From: Amoebidium appalachense
Lineage: Eukaryota > Protista > Ichthyosporea
Reading direction: 5' to 3'
Assembly (NCBI GenBank): GCA_963693365.1
Contig: CAVNZM010000008.1
Coordinates: 4,240,310 to 4,304,309 of the forward strand
Length of the DNA: 64,000 bases
The notes under the pieces were generated by a model. The model saw only the letters and a program-made list of their open reading frames with translations. It was not told the DNA's origin and did not search any database. Made by a program: the position numbers and the translations under genes. This document shows positions 17,582 through 43,980 of this stretch, one piece after another; the stretch's first letter is position 1; each line of letters starts with the position of its first letter.

Positions 17582-19366
17582 TTCTTGCACTGTGTTGCAC
17601 GATATAGATATACTCTTTTGAGAAGAGCTTATTACTACTAATTAACAACAGACTACCAAAGCCAATGTAGTGTTTTAGGCGCGGTTGAATGTATTGAGTA
17701 CTTATCATGGGTGAGTTGAACTGACGAGACTGATGGTTTGACCAGAAAGCCGCGTCGCATTTATATATGTGCACAAGATGACGCTTGGCGCTGGTTGGCC
17801 ACTCGTGTTTCATTTGGATTGGTCGATCTGTTTGGGAAGCCTCCCCCCAAACTTCTTCTGCGGGGTGGTGTTGAACTCGCGGCATTGAGCGACTGTCAGC
17901 CTAGTGTCAGGCTGAATCTGGACTCATAAGTCTACCTCTTGTCAAAGTGTCAGTATGTATTGTCAGTATTAGACGTAATTTTTTATAAAACATGCCATTA
18001 GGCAGAATGGACTCTGGGGGGCAGGCTAGTCGACACCGTCGACCTTCAGGCCAAAACTACCCTGCGAAATTTCGAATTTCTTGCGATCAAGTTAATATTG
18101 AAGTAATTTATTCAAAAAATTTCAAATAAGAATATCCGCAACCGAATTCGGACTACGTCTTTTCGGGCTGCATTTGTCAGCGACGGATTGAGATATTATT
18201 TACTATGAAAGAGGGAAGACGCTAGTATCCTAGTTTTTCCCGCTGGCTACAACAATATACTGGGTTGTTACATAGTACCTGAGGGCCAGGCGCTGCTGCG
18301 CGCCTGCGGCCAAGTATGCTTAGAAATTTTAGAAACTGACTGAATGACCCCCTCATTCAGAGTTGATCTGGGGGATCACTCATTGAAGATGATGACCGAT
18401 GATCGACCAGACCGATGATGTAGCTACAAAAGATAATATGTTAGGAAGAGTAACTTTGATAGCTAATTCTCAGGTAAATAAGAAATTTTCTTTATCTTAT
18501 GGACTTTCCTGTTTGTTTGTGTATGTATGTATGTATGAGAACACTGAGATGACCATGCAGGCCACGGTGGCGCGGGCCGCCCGAGAATCCGGACATTTGT
18601 AAGCCAATCGAAAATCGTCAAAATCAGGCGGGCCTGTGAACCATTACGTAACACTTCCGCTGTTGACGCGACAGATAAAAAAGCACCTGTACAGCACCTG
18701 TGAAGATATATGTAGCTGTAAATGTATCAATATGGATAAGCGACAGGTACAAATCATGATACAGCATTTTGACCGCCGGGAATAATAATCGATCAATTCT
18801 GTTACCGGAACCGTTTGGGAAACCCTGCAGCGCACCCACAGTGCACTCGTTGTTCGTTGAAATATAACCGGCGATTTGATTTTCCTTTCTGTTCGCTGAT
18901 TGGGATCTCTTATCTCGGTTTCTAATGTGCCAATGAATGCGATTGGGTATAAATTCATTTACTGCGATATAGTTGGATGCTTATCATTAGCGCACGATAC
19001 TATCTCTGGTTGTTAGGCGCCGATAGATCCACCGGCGGACCACAGCAGTGCATTACATTAGCAGTGAAACAAACAGCAATGCATAAACTCAGTGGAACAA
19101 CATTTATCACTGAATGATTCAACTGTTTTTGTCTAAAGAGAGAGAAGAAGACATACGTAGGGCCGTAATCCAGGCACCAAATGCATGCACGCAACACCAG
19201 CGGCCACACAAATTTTGTTAGGTTCTGAATCCATTTGACACACAAAGCTTGGCATTCTGTTCTAACTAGGATGGTGTCGGTGACGGTCATAATTGGGGAG
19301 TCATAATCACTGAATTAACAAGAGAACAGAAACAAATAGAGGTGTAAATCCCTGTTCACCTCTAAA

Positions 19367-30690
<11,324 letters not shown>

Positions 30691-31524
30691 CGTGTAATTT
30701 GACGAGATATACGAGATAATTTAGGCGGGATGTGCCCGGCCTTGGATGTCGTTTGTGGCCTAAGTGATAAGTTCTTTGGATATGCTCGCCCACTGACATT
30801 ATGCATTGATATTCTTGCGCAGCGAAATCTTTTAATTTGCGGGAGATTTATGTAGGTGGAGTCCCAGCGTTTTTAGTAATGTATGTGCTTTTCTTGCTAT
30901 TTGTGCACTGCCGTGGCCGGGATTTTTCATTCGATTGTCCGTTAGATAATCATCCTTTTTTGGTTGGGGAATTCGAGGGCGGGCGGGCGGGTGGGCGGTG
31001 GGAGAGATGGGGGGAGGAAGGGGAGAGGGGGGGGGCTAAGGATGGAGGGCAAACATACAATCAGAAACAGTCTTTGAACCCAACGAACCGCCAAATTATA
31101 ATGAATTGCAGAATCCGACGCTGAGTTTGGATGTATTCCATAATTTTCATTAGAGTTATGGTCGAACCCAATTGAGCATCGTCGTGTTTGTCTTCTTAAA
31201 GGGTTTGCAACATATAGCACATATAGACAACGTTTCGGGTGGACGGCAGTAGTGGAAGAAGGTACCAGACTGGTATGTCAACGAAAACATATGTAAGATG
31301 TGTTCACAAAAACCCAATGATATTTACTCCAACAAAGTACCACCACAATTTGCCGCATATTATGGCAGTTATTATGATCCCTCGACCAGGAGTGTGCACT
31401 TGCAAATACATATTCATGGATGATAAGAATGGCCCCGGGAGGGTATGATCTTTGACAATAAATTTGATAATATTGTTTGGTAATATGTACTACCTTGCTA
31501 CTACTATTGCTTTAGTATATAAAG

Positions 31525-31592
<68 letters not shown>

Positions 31593-31608
31593 ACCACCAC
31601 CACCACCA

Positions 31609-31672
<64 letters not shown>

Positions 31673-31731
31673 CACAGAGTGTTGTCCGGTATCAAATGTG
31701 TTGTCCGTTACATGTCCGAGTATTTCGTGAA

Positions 31732-31764
<33 letters not shown>

Positions 31765-32309
31765 CCAAGGCCAATGCACCCCTATCCATGCAGGTCTATC
31801 CGTTCTCCTGTAGCCAATCAGAATGCCGTACTAGGAAACCCAATACTTCAACCTGATAGGTTACAGGAGAGGACATCAAACCAACCAACGGCATTAGCAC
31901 TTACCTGCATATCCTATTTCCATTGGCTGCCCAAAAGTCTTAGCACACCTTGCTACGGCCGTAAAGATGCTGAGACTGAGACTGACACACTGTGCCCATC
32001 TCCCGGTAGGGTCCAAGTCATGCGAGAGCTTGATTGTGTGACGGCAAGGACCAGAAATAAGTCTTTGATTGGCTGAGGTTATGGCGCCCCACTTACTTAA
32101 AGAATATGAAGAAGAGCTTTGTCGGGTGGGCGTTTGCTGAGGTGGAGTTTGTTTTTGCCAAGAAACAGCAGCAGTATGTAGACAAAAATCTCGTTTCTTG
32201 TTTCTTCAGCTTGGTAGGTTTGCGCGTATCAGCATGTCACGTGCTGTGTGCAGGTGCTTTTTGCTTCTTGGGTTGATTTTGCCAGCGCACCAACGCCTCA
32301 ACGCGACTC

Positions 32310-32345
<36 letters not shown>

Positions 32346-32951
32346 ACCCTCTTCCTCTCCTCTTTCTCTTCCCCCCATTCCCCATCTGTCCCTTCCTCGT
32401 CCAGAACCTAGACTTACCCTCACGTCTTATAGCTTATTATGATTGGATAAAAGCTTTGAGGGACATGCGCTGCTAAAATTGAAGAAATAAAAGTTCTTTA
32501 AAAAATTCGGATTTCCCGCATTCCTGTGGCTCAGGAAAATGGCACAAGTAACTTAATCTAATCTTCTCAGGAAAGGGGAGAAACGCTATAGAATTACTTT
32601 AGATATAACCTGGTCATTGCATGTACATGTCTCAATTCATATGCATCCGTGTGTAAAACTTGGAATGGAGGGATTCCACGTAAGTCGTTTACGGTTATAG
32701 GGGTGCCCGTGATTCCATGTATAATGGTGTGTGTACATGTGCGCAATAAAAACGTGTGACTGTGTCTGTGAATACATGTTGGGGTCCACGGTGGGGCCAT
32801 GGGGGAAAAAAAGGGTTGAGGGCGGGAGAGGGGGGGGAGGGGGGGGTAATTACCAAGACCCGGGTGTCTGCCTGGCCCCTTTTTAATTTGCCCATTGTTT
32901 TATGGTTATGATCCATTGATGGCCTTACAAAGCTTTTAGGAGAGAGAGAGA

Positions 32952-32987
<36 letters not shown>

Positions 32988-33281
32988 GGGGCAGAAGCGT
33001 CTGCCGCGATGGGGGGGGGGGAGGGGGGAGGAGAGGGCAAAGGGAGGGGGGGAGCAAGCATATGAATACGTAAGAGGGAGGGGGGGGGGGGGGGGGGGGG
33101 AAGGGGGGGGGAGGGGGGGGCGCCAACATCATAGCCAGGGTTTAGTACATGTCCGCACGTGAGCGTGTCATTTTTCCCGGATGATTGGGTGTGTGACTGT
33201 GTATGTATGTATGTGTGTGTGTGTGTGTGGAGGATTGTGGTCTGCATAAATGATTATTGCAAGCAGCCCCCCCCCCCCCTC

Positions 33282-33328
<47 letters not shown>

Positions 33329-33634
33329 GGGACCCTTCTTGTGTGTCCGGATCCTGCACATGATCAAGCAATTGAATAGGGAAATTATACAGTGGGGGCG
33401 GGAGTGTGGGTGAGGTGGAGGGCCGCGGGGAGGGGAGGGGGAGGGGGGAGGGGAGGGGAGGCCTAGTTCGGCAAAGACACTTGATGTCAAAGAAACTTTA
33501 TGAAGTCAACAAATCGATATCATATTACGGAGGTTGTTTACACAGGTCGGTAACTGTTTGTACTGCTCTTCGTTTTTATTCAATTTATTCCTCACAATAT
33601 TATTACATAAAAATTACTGTTCTTATCCTTCCGT

Positions 33635-33687
<53 letters not shown>

Positions 33688-34203
33688 AAGCATATGGCCG
33701 ACTCGGCAAAGTACTGAGGCTGGTTAGCTTGGCCGAGATAATGAATTATAGAAATACGCGAAAGTTAGGATCTGCAGCGATTACATTGATGTGGTGGAGT
33801 TAAATACTTTAATATGTGGGTGGGGGGGGGGGGGGGGGGGGGGGGGGAGGGGGAGGGGGGTGGAGAGGGGGAGGAAGGGTGGGGAGATAGGGTGGTGAGA
33901 GGAGACGATAGGGAGAAACATGGTGTGGCAGGAGTGAAGGGCCTGTGTAGAGAACAACTCGAAAGCTCGATGGTGTGGCAACGGGGCGGAACGGAGCGTG
34001 TGGAGGAAGGAGGGGAGCGGAGGGCTATAAAGATTACAAGTCCACATGACACAGTGATAGGAGGAAGTGGGTTGTAAACAGGAAGAAATTGGGTTAAAAA
34101 GGAAAGAGGGATGGAATGAAAGGCTGGGCGGAAAGAAACGACATCACTTCCACAAAGGCTTTTGAGCGGATCTTGAAAGTGGGAGAAAAAGGATGTGTGT
34201 ATG

Positions 34204-34344
<141 letters not shown>

Positions 34345-35340
34345 GGTGTGTGTGTGTGGGGGGGGGGGGGGGGGGGGGAGGAGGGGGGTGAGGACCTGGA
34401 AAAGCTTGCACGGTAAAAGCAGTGAGCGAGGGATGGATCAAATGAAGACACTCTCTCTAGACTGGAAAAACTTTTATTATAGTGAAGTATATTGGGCACC
34501 TGGCAGTATGTTGGGAAACCGGACGTACGACGGACTACCGAAATTGAAAAAGAGACATCGGGACGCAAAAGCAAAGGTGATTGTTCTTGTATAGTGTAGT
34601 GAACATGCGGGAGTTTGTGATCATAACCGAAATGAGCATGGAGGAGAGAGGTAGCCTATAAAAAATTTAATTTTATAGGGGTGGAGCACACAAAAAAAAC
34701 GCCCCCTAAAGAGCACACCAAACACACGTGCACGCATGCACGTGCACATACATAAAGGGCACCCTTTGAAACAGAACCGTTTGAAGACTTTTCGGGCTTT
34801 TCGGGGGCCGTCGGATGACTGTTTGTGGCTGACCAGAGCGCCATTTAGCCTAATCAGCGTAGGCTCCATTCCACAAATTCACATGCCTATTCTTTTTTTC
34901 CTGGCGTGGACGCCTCGCCTTTGTGCCGCTTTACTAGGGACAAACCCATCTTTTGTCTGTTGACGGCCTGCTCGATAATATTTCAAATAGTAAATAGGAT
35001 TTTTTTATGTATATATACGTGTATATATGTATATAAAAATGCAAATAAAAGGGTTCTCCATGTCCAGTTGTAATTTTTTTTTTTTTGTAGACGAGTTGTT
35101 GGAGTGGCAATGACGTAAGCAGTAAAGACTATCAACCAGTGCGCCTAATCATTACTCATCATATGGCAATATGATTGGCCACTCCAAACCCACCAATCAT
35201 CCCAGCTATTAGCACACCATATTTAGGCATATCTGCCCATGCACCAAATTGGGCATATAAAAGAACGGGTTTTTTCGGCACGCCCACAAAAAAAACAAGA
35301 CACTTCTCTGTAGTTTTTTGTTATTACAAAACCATAGAAA

Positions 35341-37175
35341 ATGACTGGCAAGGAGGCTGTTTCTACGGACAAGGCCCCCAAGGCAGTTGGTCCCTATTGT
35401 ACGTCCCTCCCCCCCTTCCCCCCCCCGCTCCCCTGCCCTCCTCCCCCCACCACACACACACGGACTCCCTAATTAACCCTTCCACCTTCAACCAAACAAG
35501 GCTGGCCTCCCCCCTCCCCCCCCCCCCCCACCCCACCCCACCCCTCCTCCTCTTCCATCCATCCAGCCTGAATCGCCAAGTTTTCTGCCACCACCTCTTT
35601 CGTTCCTATTTTGATGGCATGTTTTGATTCCGTGTACACCTTTCCTCTTTTATACCTCTTTCTTCTATGGTCTTATGAGTTACTCTCTTCCAGCCTTCTT
35701 CCTTCTCTCCCTCAACCACGTCTGCTTGTGAGTCGCTAATTGTGTCACTAGCGACTCCTGTACGAATTTCTCGACTCTAGCGTTGCTCTGTCCCCCCCCC
35801 CCCCCCCCCCCCCCCCTCCCCCCCTTCCCTCTCCACGCCGCCGTGTAGCACCCCCCCCCACCCCCCCCTCGCCCCTTCCCCTTACTGCTCGTGTCCCAAC
35901 CTGCCTTTTTCTCACTGTTCGTGTCTCACTATGTCTCTACAGCCTACTTCCATATATCTTTCTGTTATTGCATTTGTAGCTCCCCTGTAACCGATGTGCT
36001 GGCACTTTCTTGCCTTCTTCCCGTCATCTCCCCCCCCCCCCCCCCCCCCTCCCCCCGCGCCCCATCTCCTAGTGTCAGGTTTGCCAACGTGTTGCCTCGT
36101 GTGTGGCCTTACCTGTCCTCACCCAAGGAATACCCACATGCACACTTTCATACTATTCTTTTGTTTCCTTCTTTTCCTGTTCAATACCTTTCACCCTCAC
36201 TTTGGGCCCTCCCCCCCCTCCCCCCCCCCTCTTCCCCCTCCCCCCCCCCCGGGCCTTCCCCCCCACCCAAACACACACGTTTTATCCTTTTTCTCATCCT
36301 TGTTTTCTTGTCTTGTGTGTTTTCATCGTCTTGCACCAGTTTCCCCCAGCTTCCCCTCCCTCTCTCTACCTTTACATCCTCCCCTTGCCCGCCCCCTCCT
36401 CCTCCCCCCTCCCCCCCCCCCCCACCGATTGCGCAACACGCACACACATGTACACATACTGACCTGAGGCCACGACCACAGCGCAAGCAATCAAGGCCAA
36501 TGGGTTCGTGTTCGTGTCGGGCTGTGTGCCCATCAACCCCACCACACAGGAGGTCTTCCATGGCGATGTCGCTGCACAGACCGTAAGTGTGGTGGATGCT
36601 CTGTCTCCCCCTCTCCCCGCTTCCCCCCCCCCCCCCCCCCCCCTCCACCCCCCCCCCCCCCCTTCCCTCTCACTCTTTCTCTCCCCACTCTCCCCCCTCT
36701 CCCGCCCCTCTCTTTAGCCCTCTATTCCTCCCTCCCTTCCCCCCCTCCACCCCCCTTTCTCTCACTTGCTTGTGTGTGTTTGTCACTCATCATCTCTATT
36801 ATCCCCCCCCCCCCCCCCCCCCCCCCCCCTTCCTCCTCGTGGGTGCCTGCGTGTTGATAGTGTATGCGCCTGATTCTTTCCCAACCCCCACCCCCCCTAC
36901 CCTCCTCTCTTTTTCCCTCCCCCTCAACCTCCCCTCCCCTCTCCCCCCGGCTCTCACCCCCTCTTCCCTCCTTTGCTTCTCCTCCCCTCATCCCCCCATC
37001 TCCCACCGGCTCCCTCTTCCTCCCCCCCCCCCCCTGCTTACTGGCTTCCTTTAGACCTTACTTCTTTTCTTGCTGGGGCGTTTCCGGGGCCCACATTCTT
37101 CTTCCCCTTTCCTATCCTGTTGCCAGAGCCCAGAGACCATCCTACACTCATTTCTCTCTGTCCCCTCCCCCCGTA

Positions 37176-37210
<35 letters not shown>

Positions 37211-37687
37211 GTCCATTTACATTCCCCCTCTCTCACAACTCCCCCCCCCCCCCCCCCCCCCCTCCCCCCCCCCCCTCCCCCCCCCCCCCCCCCCCCCTCT
37301 TCTTCTCAACACGGTGCAACTGTCCGAAATATTTGTATGCTAGCTGATGGTGTAGTGACCCGTAATATGAAACTAAAACCTAGGAAGGAGCATGAGGTTA
37401 TTGCGATGCATGGATATTGTGGCCGGTGTGTATGTGTTGTTTGAATAGGGGAGAGAGAAAGGGGGGGGGGGGGGGGGGAGGGGGGGAGGGGGGAGTGGAG
37501 GGATGAGATGGGATTGTAGGTCAGCTGGTGCAAATACAAAGATTTCATGGCATTGTCCAAAGAAAACACATTAGAAAGCCATCGAATGAAAACACGGGAA
37601 AATCTTCGAACCAATGAGGGCTATGGGGGTGAGGGATAAAGGAATACATGCTTACATGCCCCCATTATCGCCCTTGCACTCACGTGG

Positions 37688-37724
<37 letters not shown>

Positions 37725-37889
37725 AGCTCGTGCTGAGCAACCTGACAGCCGTGCTTGAAGCTGCCGGCAGCTCCATCGATAAGGTTGTGCGCACCACCGT
37801 GTTCATTAAGGACATGAATGACTTTGCCACCATTAACGGTGTCTATGCCAAGGTAAACACGTGGTTTTTTGCCTCCTGTGTTGTTTCCT

Positions 37890-37926
<37 letters not shown>

Positions 37927-38148
37927 CGGGCCCCCCCAATAAGCGCACACACACACCTACACACACCAAATGTTGTTTCATTGTTTTTGAAGATTGACTG
38001 GTGGGTGTCTACGTCATTTGGCTATGGGAGTTTTTCATCCCTTTTTTGTTCATGTGTTTTGCTTTCTGTGTTTCTTCCTTCCTTTCTTTAATGGGGGGGG
38101 GGGGGGGGGGGGAGGGAGAGAGAGAGAGCAAGGGAGAGGGAGAGCGAG

Positions 38149-38187
<39 letters not shown>

Positions 38188-38354
38188 CGCACACACGCAG
38201 GGAGAGAGAGAGAGAGAGAATACACGAAAAACATCGAACTCACACGTACCCTGCACAGACCTTCACCGGTGTCACCCCCGCCCGTGCCTGTGTCGAGGTT
38301 GCCCGCCTGCCCAAGGATGTGCTCGTCGAGATCGACTGCATCGCCCTGGCATAA
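35341..38354 (+). CDS. RIDA: RidA/YjgF/UK114 reactive-intermediate deaminase, 127 aa; exons 35341-35398, 36482-36582, 37724-37852, 38259-38354
   Basis: [22 protein letters not shown]...[37 protein letters not shown]...[23 protein letters not shown]; catalytic Arg retained; TATAAAA at 35256. Confidence 0.95.
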
Positions 38355-39086
38355 GTCCATATGTCGAGGCTCTGTACCTTTTAGTAATAATGTTCTCTAG
38401 TGCGGTGTGCCAAGTTAGATAACCGTAATTAGTGCACCAATGGTTGGAAATTTGAGAAACACAGAAACACGCTTGGTTTAACTGGTGTAACAAGCATGTT
38501 TGGTATGAATAGTATTGTATTCTATGTATCTGGCCGACATTGTCACAGTATCAGTCGCCTGTCTCCTGCAGTAGTAGTGAATGTGGTGGAACCCTGGCGG
38601 GCTGTGCCAAGCACGCAGGAAGACAAACTCAAACTAAAGTAATAAAGATGAATGTTTCTCTTCAAATCTAAAGCAGTGCGCATGCCTGTAATCCCATGGC
38701 CACCAATCGGGCCATCTACTTTTTTTGTCATCACCCCGTGATTAGTAGACGCGATACATAATCGATTGAAAGCACGACAGTCTTTCACACAATGTCATGT
38801 ACTGTACACTAGTAGTACGATATATCACCAGCATGCACGTAGGACGAAATCACCAGCATGCACGTATGCATGCACAGTTACCCAACAGCTGAGATTTGTA
38901 TTAGTGATATCATTAGACACACACGTGCACACAGAAACCCGCACGAAAATATTGTACATGTTGTACCGTCGAACAGGCATGATACCTGACCTCATGCATG
39001 CACGATGTCTACCACGGCCGCAAAAATTAGCGGGCGCTGCGGATTGGAAAAACACACTACACGCACCTACGTATACACACACACAA

Positions 39087-39170
<84 letters not shown>

Positions 39171-39359
39171 CACAGTCACACACACACACACGCACACACG
39201 TATATACGCACAGTCACACGCACACACACACACACACACGCACACACGCGCACATACGCACGCACACGCACACACACATACACACACACACACACACACG
39301 CAGTCACACACACACAGTCACACACACACACACACACACACAAAACACACAAACACACC

Positions 39360-39401
<42 letters not shown>

Positions 39402-40204
39402 CATGTACACACACACACACACACACACACACGTGTACACACACAGGGGCAATCATGGTCCTCAAGCTTCACACAATAACAAGCTATGATATCATGCACT
39501 TTACTATTCAAGTGACGTGTACACTAAATAAACACAGTCTTAAAACATTGCAGTCAGCTTCTGCAGCTCGAACACTCGCACACTTTTTTGGCGGCTGCTC
39601 GATGGACATGATAGATGGATGGTTGCCAACGGTGGGCACTGGGTTTACCCAGAAATATGCGGCTGACTATTACGCAGCTACTGGTGATTGGCTGAAAGTA
39701 AGTTATTTTATTGGTAGATGCTGAAATGGAAGGCTGAGGTCAGAGTGACGTAATCCATATTAATGACGTGACCTCTCCATTTAAAACAGATCTCTTTATA
39801 TTTTTAAAACTGGACATGAGCTCTTTAAGCTGTTTAAAATGATATTAATCAATTTTATGGCATAAATCTAATTGCCGTGCACACAGACTGTATAAAATGC
39901 GCGGCAGGCACTTGGTTGTCAGTTCGATGTTCCTACGACTCTTCACTGAGAGAAAGATTCCCCTTCAAAAAAGTTAGGTACTTCGAGTGCATCTTGTCGT
40001 CAGATATACACGCACGCCCATTACACACATACCGTGTACCGTTACACAGAGACAATGTCAGATTCACGCAGAACATCGCACACAGGGGCACCTTCTCCCG
40101 GCCCCTCCCCAAACCCAACGCTCGCAGATCGCATCAATCATCAAGTGGTTGGGTTCAGCAATCAGGTCCAAAGTAGCGTGTCTAGTTGGGTAACAGCCGC
40201 TTCT

Positions 40205-40946
40205 ATGGCCATGAGTAATGTCAATCAACAGGTGCGTGTCTTTAAGCATGTGTGTGTGTGAGAGGGTGCATTCGTACCACGTGTCTGTGTTTACCAATTG
40301 GGGGTGCTTTTGTGTTTTGTGCCCGTGTGTGTATGTGCCTGTGTGTGTGCGCGCGTTTGCATGGTGGATGTGTGCTCTTTTCGTCATGTTTTTTAGAAAT
40401 TTTTTCATCTTGTACTCAGGCTGCTATAGAATTTTTCTTTATCACCACCTGGACTCTTTCGAATCTTTCGGTTCCCCCACCGGGCCCACCCTCTTTGTTT
40501 CTCCGGGTTTCTAAGGTTTTGTTCTTCCCCTAAACCAGATGGACGGCAGGACCCCGGCCAGTTTTATGGACCCCCGAAACTCGTTCTGGGTGACGGTTGA
40601 CAGCCCATCATATGTGGGGTAGGTAGAAGTTCTGTGTCCCTTTCTTTTTTTTTTCCCCCCATCTCTTGTGTGTTTGATTTCCTCCCCCCCCCCACCCACC
40701 CACCCACCCACAGACATACACACACACACGCACACGCGTACGCACACTTCTCCCCCTTTCTTGCCCCTTTTCCGTGTGGTTGATATCCCCCCCCCCCCCC
40801 CCCCTCTTGGCCACACACACACACACACACACACCACCACCACCACCACCACCATCACACACAAAAAGCACATCACCCAATGACACACTAGACATCACCG
40901 TGTCCTCGTTCACATTTACCCGCATTTCTACATTCCTTCTGTTGGG

Positions 40947-40988
<42 letters not shown>

Positions 40989-41018
40989 CCCTTCACTTTT
41001 TGGTTTTTACCTCTACAT

Positions 41019-41061
<43 letters not shown>

Positions 41062-41974
41062 TGCCCCCCTCCAGCCCCAGTATATTTACCTACTGAAGCT
41101 TATTGATTTTCTCACCATAATTCCGTATTTTTGCAGGGGCCAGGTACTTCGTGGCACGGTCGTAGTGTCGTGCATGGTGCCGTTTTTTGCAAAGGCCATT
41201 CAGGTGGTGGCAGAGGGCACAGAGGTGGTGGAGATGGACCGGGGCCTGTGCGAGGGGTAAGTGCCAAAAAAAGATTATGGGCCTATTAATAGAGAACGGG
41301 GTTAATACCAAGGCCTCCTATATAACCTACTGTTAGTGTATATGGGTTTAATACCAAGGCGTCATATATAATATGCTGTTAGTGTATAGGTGGCTTAATG
41401 CACAAAAACACAGGGTAGGTAGTTCTGGGAATTGAATTGGGGACTCTCTAGGGAAGGCTTTAGATTCGGACAGGTTCAGAGGTGAACCTGGGGCCCGTAA
41501 GAGCTGTTGGCGTAAACTTTTTGTGTCTGTCTCAATTATGGATCGGTGCTTTGAAGGCCCATTCGGTTCTTTGGTGTTTGTGTATGTGCGTCTGTGTGGG
41601 TGTTGTTGGTGGTGGTGGTTTTGTTTTTTGTTTTTTTTTGTTTTTTTTTTTTTGGGGGGGGGGGGGGGCAAGAGTTGGGTAGAGGGATGATAGGTCGATA
41701 ATATGAATGCTATAGGGTGTATACCGGCCGCAATGGATGGATGTGTTATTGGAAACGTTCGAAAGGCCACACCTCTAACAGGCACATTAATTGTGTTATA
41801 CATTGTGTCTCATGCTTGTGTGCCTTCATGATTTTCATTTTCTGATCTCATTTCGCGTTTTTCCGGTCCTTTGCAGGAGTGGCTCGTGTGACCTTTCTGC
41901 CAGTTCCCACCACTACGAGAAGACTCGCATTTTCCGTTCAGACCCCGTCATTGTTTTCCGCCCAGAGAAGGGTA

Positions 41975-42007
<33 letters not shown>

Positions 42008-42497
42008 CTTCCCGGGGCGCTCCAACCCGGCGCTCCAACCCCGAACTCCGTTGGTCTATGGTAGGGTTTTATTTTTTGGGGGGGGGGGGGGGCCTAGTTG
42101 TGCATGGGTCTGTTGGGAGAGAGGGGAGAGGGGGAAAAGGGGAAGTAATTGTTTCGAGTCTTCATAAACGAGCTTCCTGATTACTGACCCTTCCTCCCCC
42201 CCCCCCCCCCCCCCCCCCCCCCCTGCGCGCACACACACACACACAGGCCAACCCATCCTACCTGGCCAGTACCAATACACCTTCTCCATCCCCCTCCCCC
42301 ATGACCTGCCTGCCTCCTTCCGCGCCGAAAGTCCAAATTGGGGATCGGGCAAAGGGTGGAGGGCTGAAGTCGGATACAAGATCAAGGTTGGTACTCCCTT
42401 CCACACCCAAAAGTAAAGGCACCTAACACACACACACACACGCATACGCACGCGCACACACACACGCACACGCGCGTGCACACACCCGCGCACACAC

Positions 42498-42562
<65 letters not shown>

Positions 42563-43626
42563 GCTCACACACATGCACACTCACTGAAGCAAATGGCAAA
42601 CACATTCACAACTCCTCCTTGTTAAGACCAAAAGGGAAGTTCGAACAAGTGCCATAGCCATAATGAGGAGGCAAGAAAGTGTGCAGCATGGCACCTAGAC
42701 TCCCTTCCTTTCTGTTTAAACCTTTAATTGTCGTTTTATGTTGTTTTAAACATTATATTTGCTGAAACATATCATTTTTTAACCCCTTCAGGTGCAACTC
42801 GAGGACACTCTTACGTCCCTGGGCAGCCAACGCATAGCCATCAACGAGCCAATCACAGACGTGGACACCCCCACGGCCACCGTCCAATCTCGCACCTACC
42901 TGACGGCGTCTGGATCTATGGCCGCCCAGTGCTCACTTGATCGCGCGATATACTTCCCGGGGCATTGTGTTATGTGCCGTTTAGGTAAGTGTGGCTTTGT
43001 TTTTATTTTCGCCCCGCCCCTAGTTAAATCATCCCATCCCATAACCCCCCCCCCCCCCCCCCTCCCCCCCCGCTCTTCTCCTCCCTCGCTCACATACACA
43101 TACAAGATGCACACTCACTTACAGTAACAACCAAAAGCAACACCATTTCCCCTACCACGTAAACACAAAGTAGATCAGCTGTGATCGCATGCACACACTT
43201 ACACACACGCGCACAACACCTACACACACCAGTTCCCTAAAGATTCTTGAATTCGTTACTGACATCCTCCCCCCCACCCCTTCTCCACCCCACCCCACCC
43301 CCCTCTCTTACACAGACGTCAACAACACGTCTACCCGTGGGTCCGAGAAGACAACCATCCAATTGCAGCAGTCAGTGACCCTCACCGCCCAATCGAGCAC
43401 CCAGACCTATGACGTCACCATTGCCAGTGCACAGCTTCCCGGCGCCGGGCCCCTCTTTTGGGGAATTCACTACCTGCCAATCCACATTCCACTGTCGGCT
43501 GCCCCGAGTACAGGGCTGAGGAGGGATGGTGCGAGGGTTAAGTGCGGATATACGGTGGTGGTGGATTGTGGTGATGGCGTGGTCATGAAAATGCCTCTGA
43601 GGTAAGAAATGTTGGTCTTTCCCCCC

Positions 43627-43658
<32 letters not shown>

Positions 43659-43897
43659 CCCTCCCCCTCCCCCCTTTCCCCCTCACACACACACACATTC
43701 GCACGCATGCACATATATTCGCGCGTGCATACAACGCAAACACACACATGCATGCGTACCCAATGCCGGACCTCCTAAAACAGTAGTTGCAGCTTTCTTG
43801 GCTCCGCCCCCTCACCCCTACCCCCTCTCTCCCGCCGCCCACCCTTTCCCCTTAATTAACAGGAACACACACGCACGCACGCACGCACGCACACACG

Positions 43898-43980
<83 letters not shown>

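Noticed and set aside
39726-39780. Quasi-palindrome with two TGACGT motifs upstream of the arrestin gene
   Set aside because: Plausible bZIP sites, but too short to support without data.
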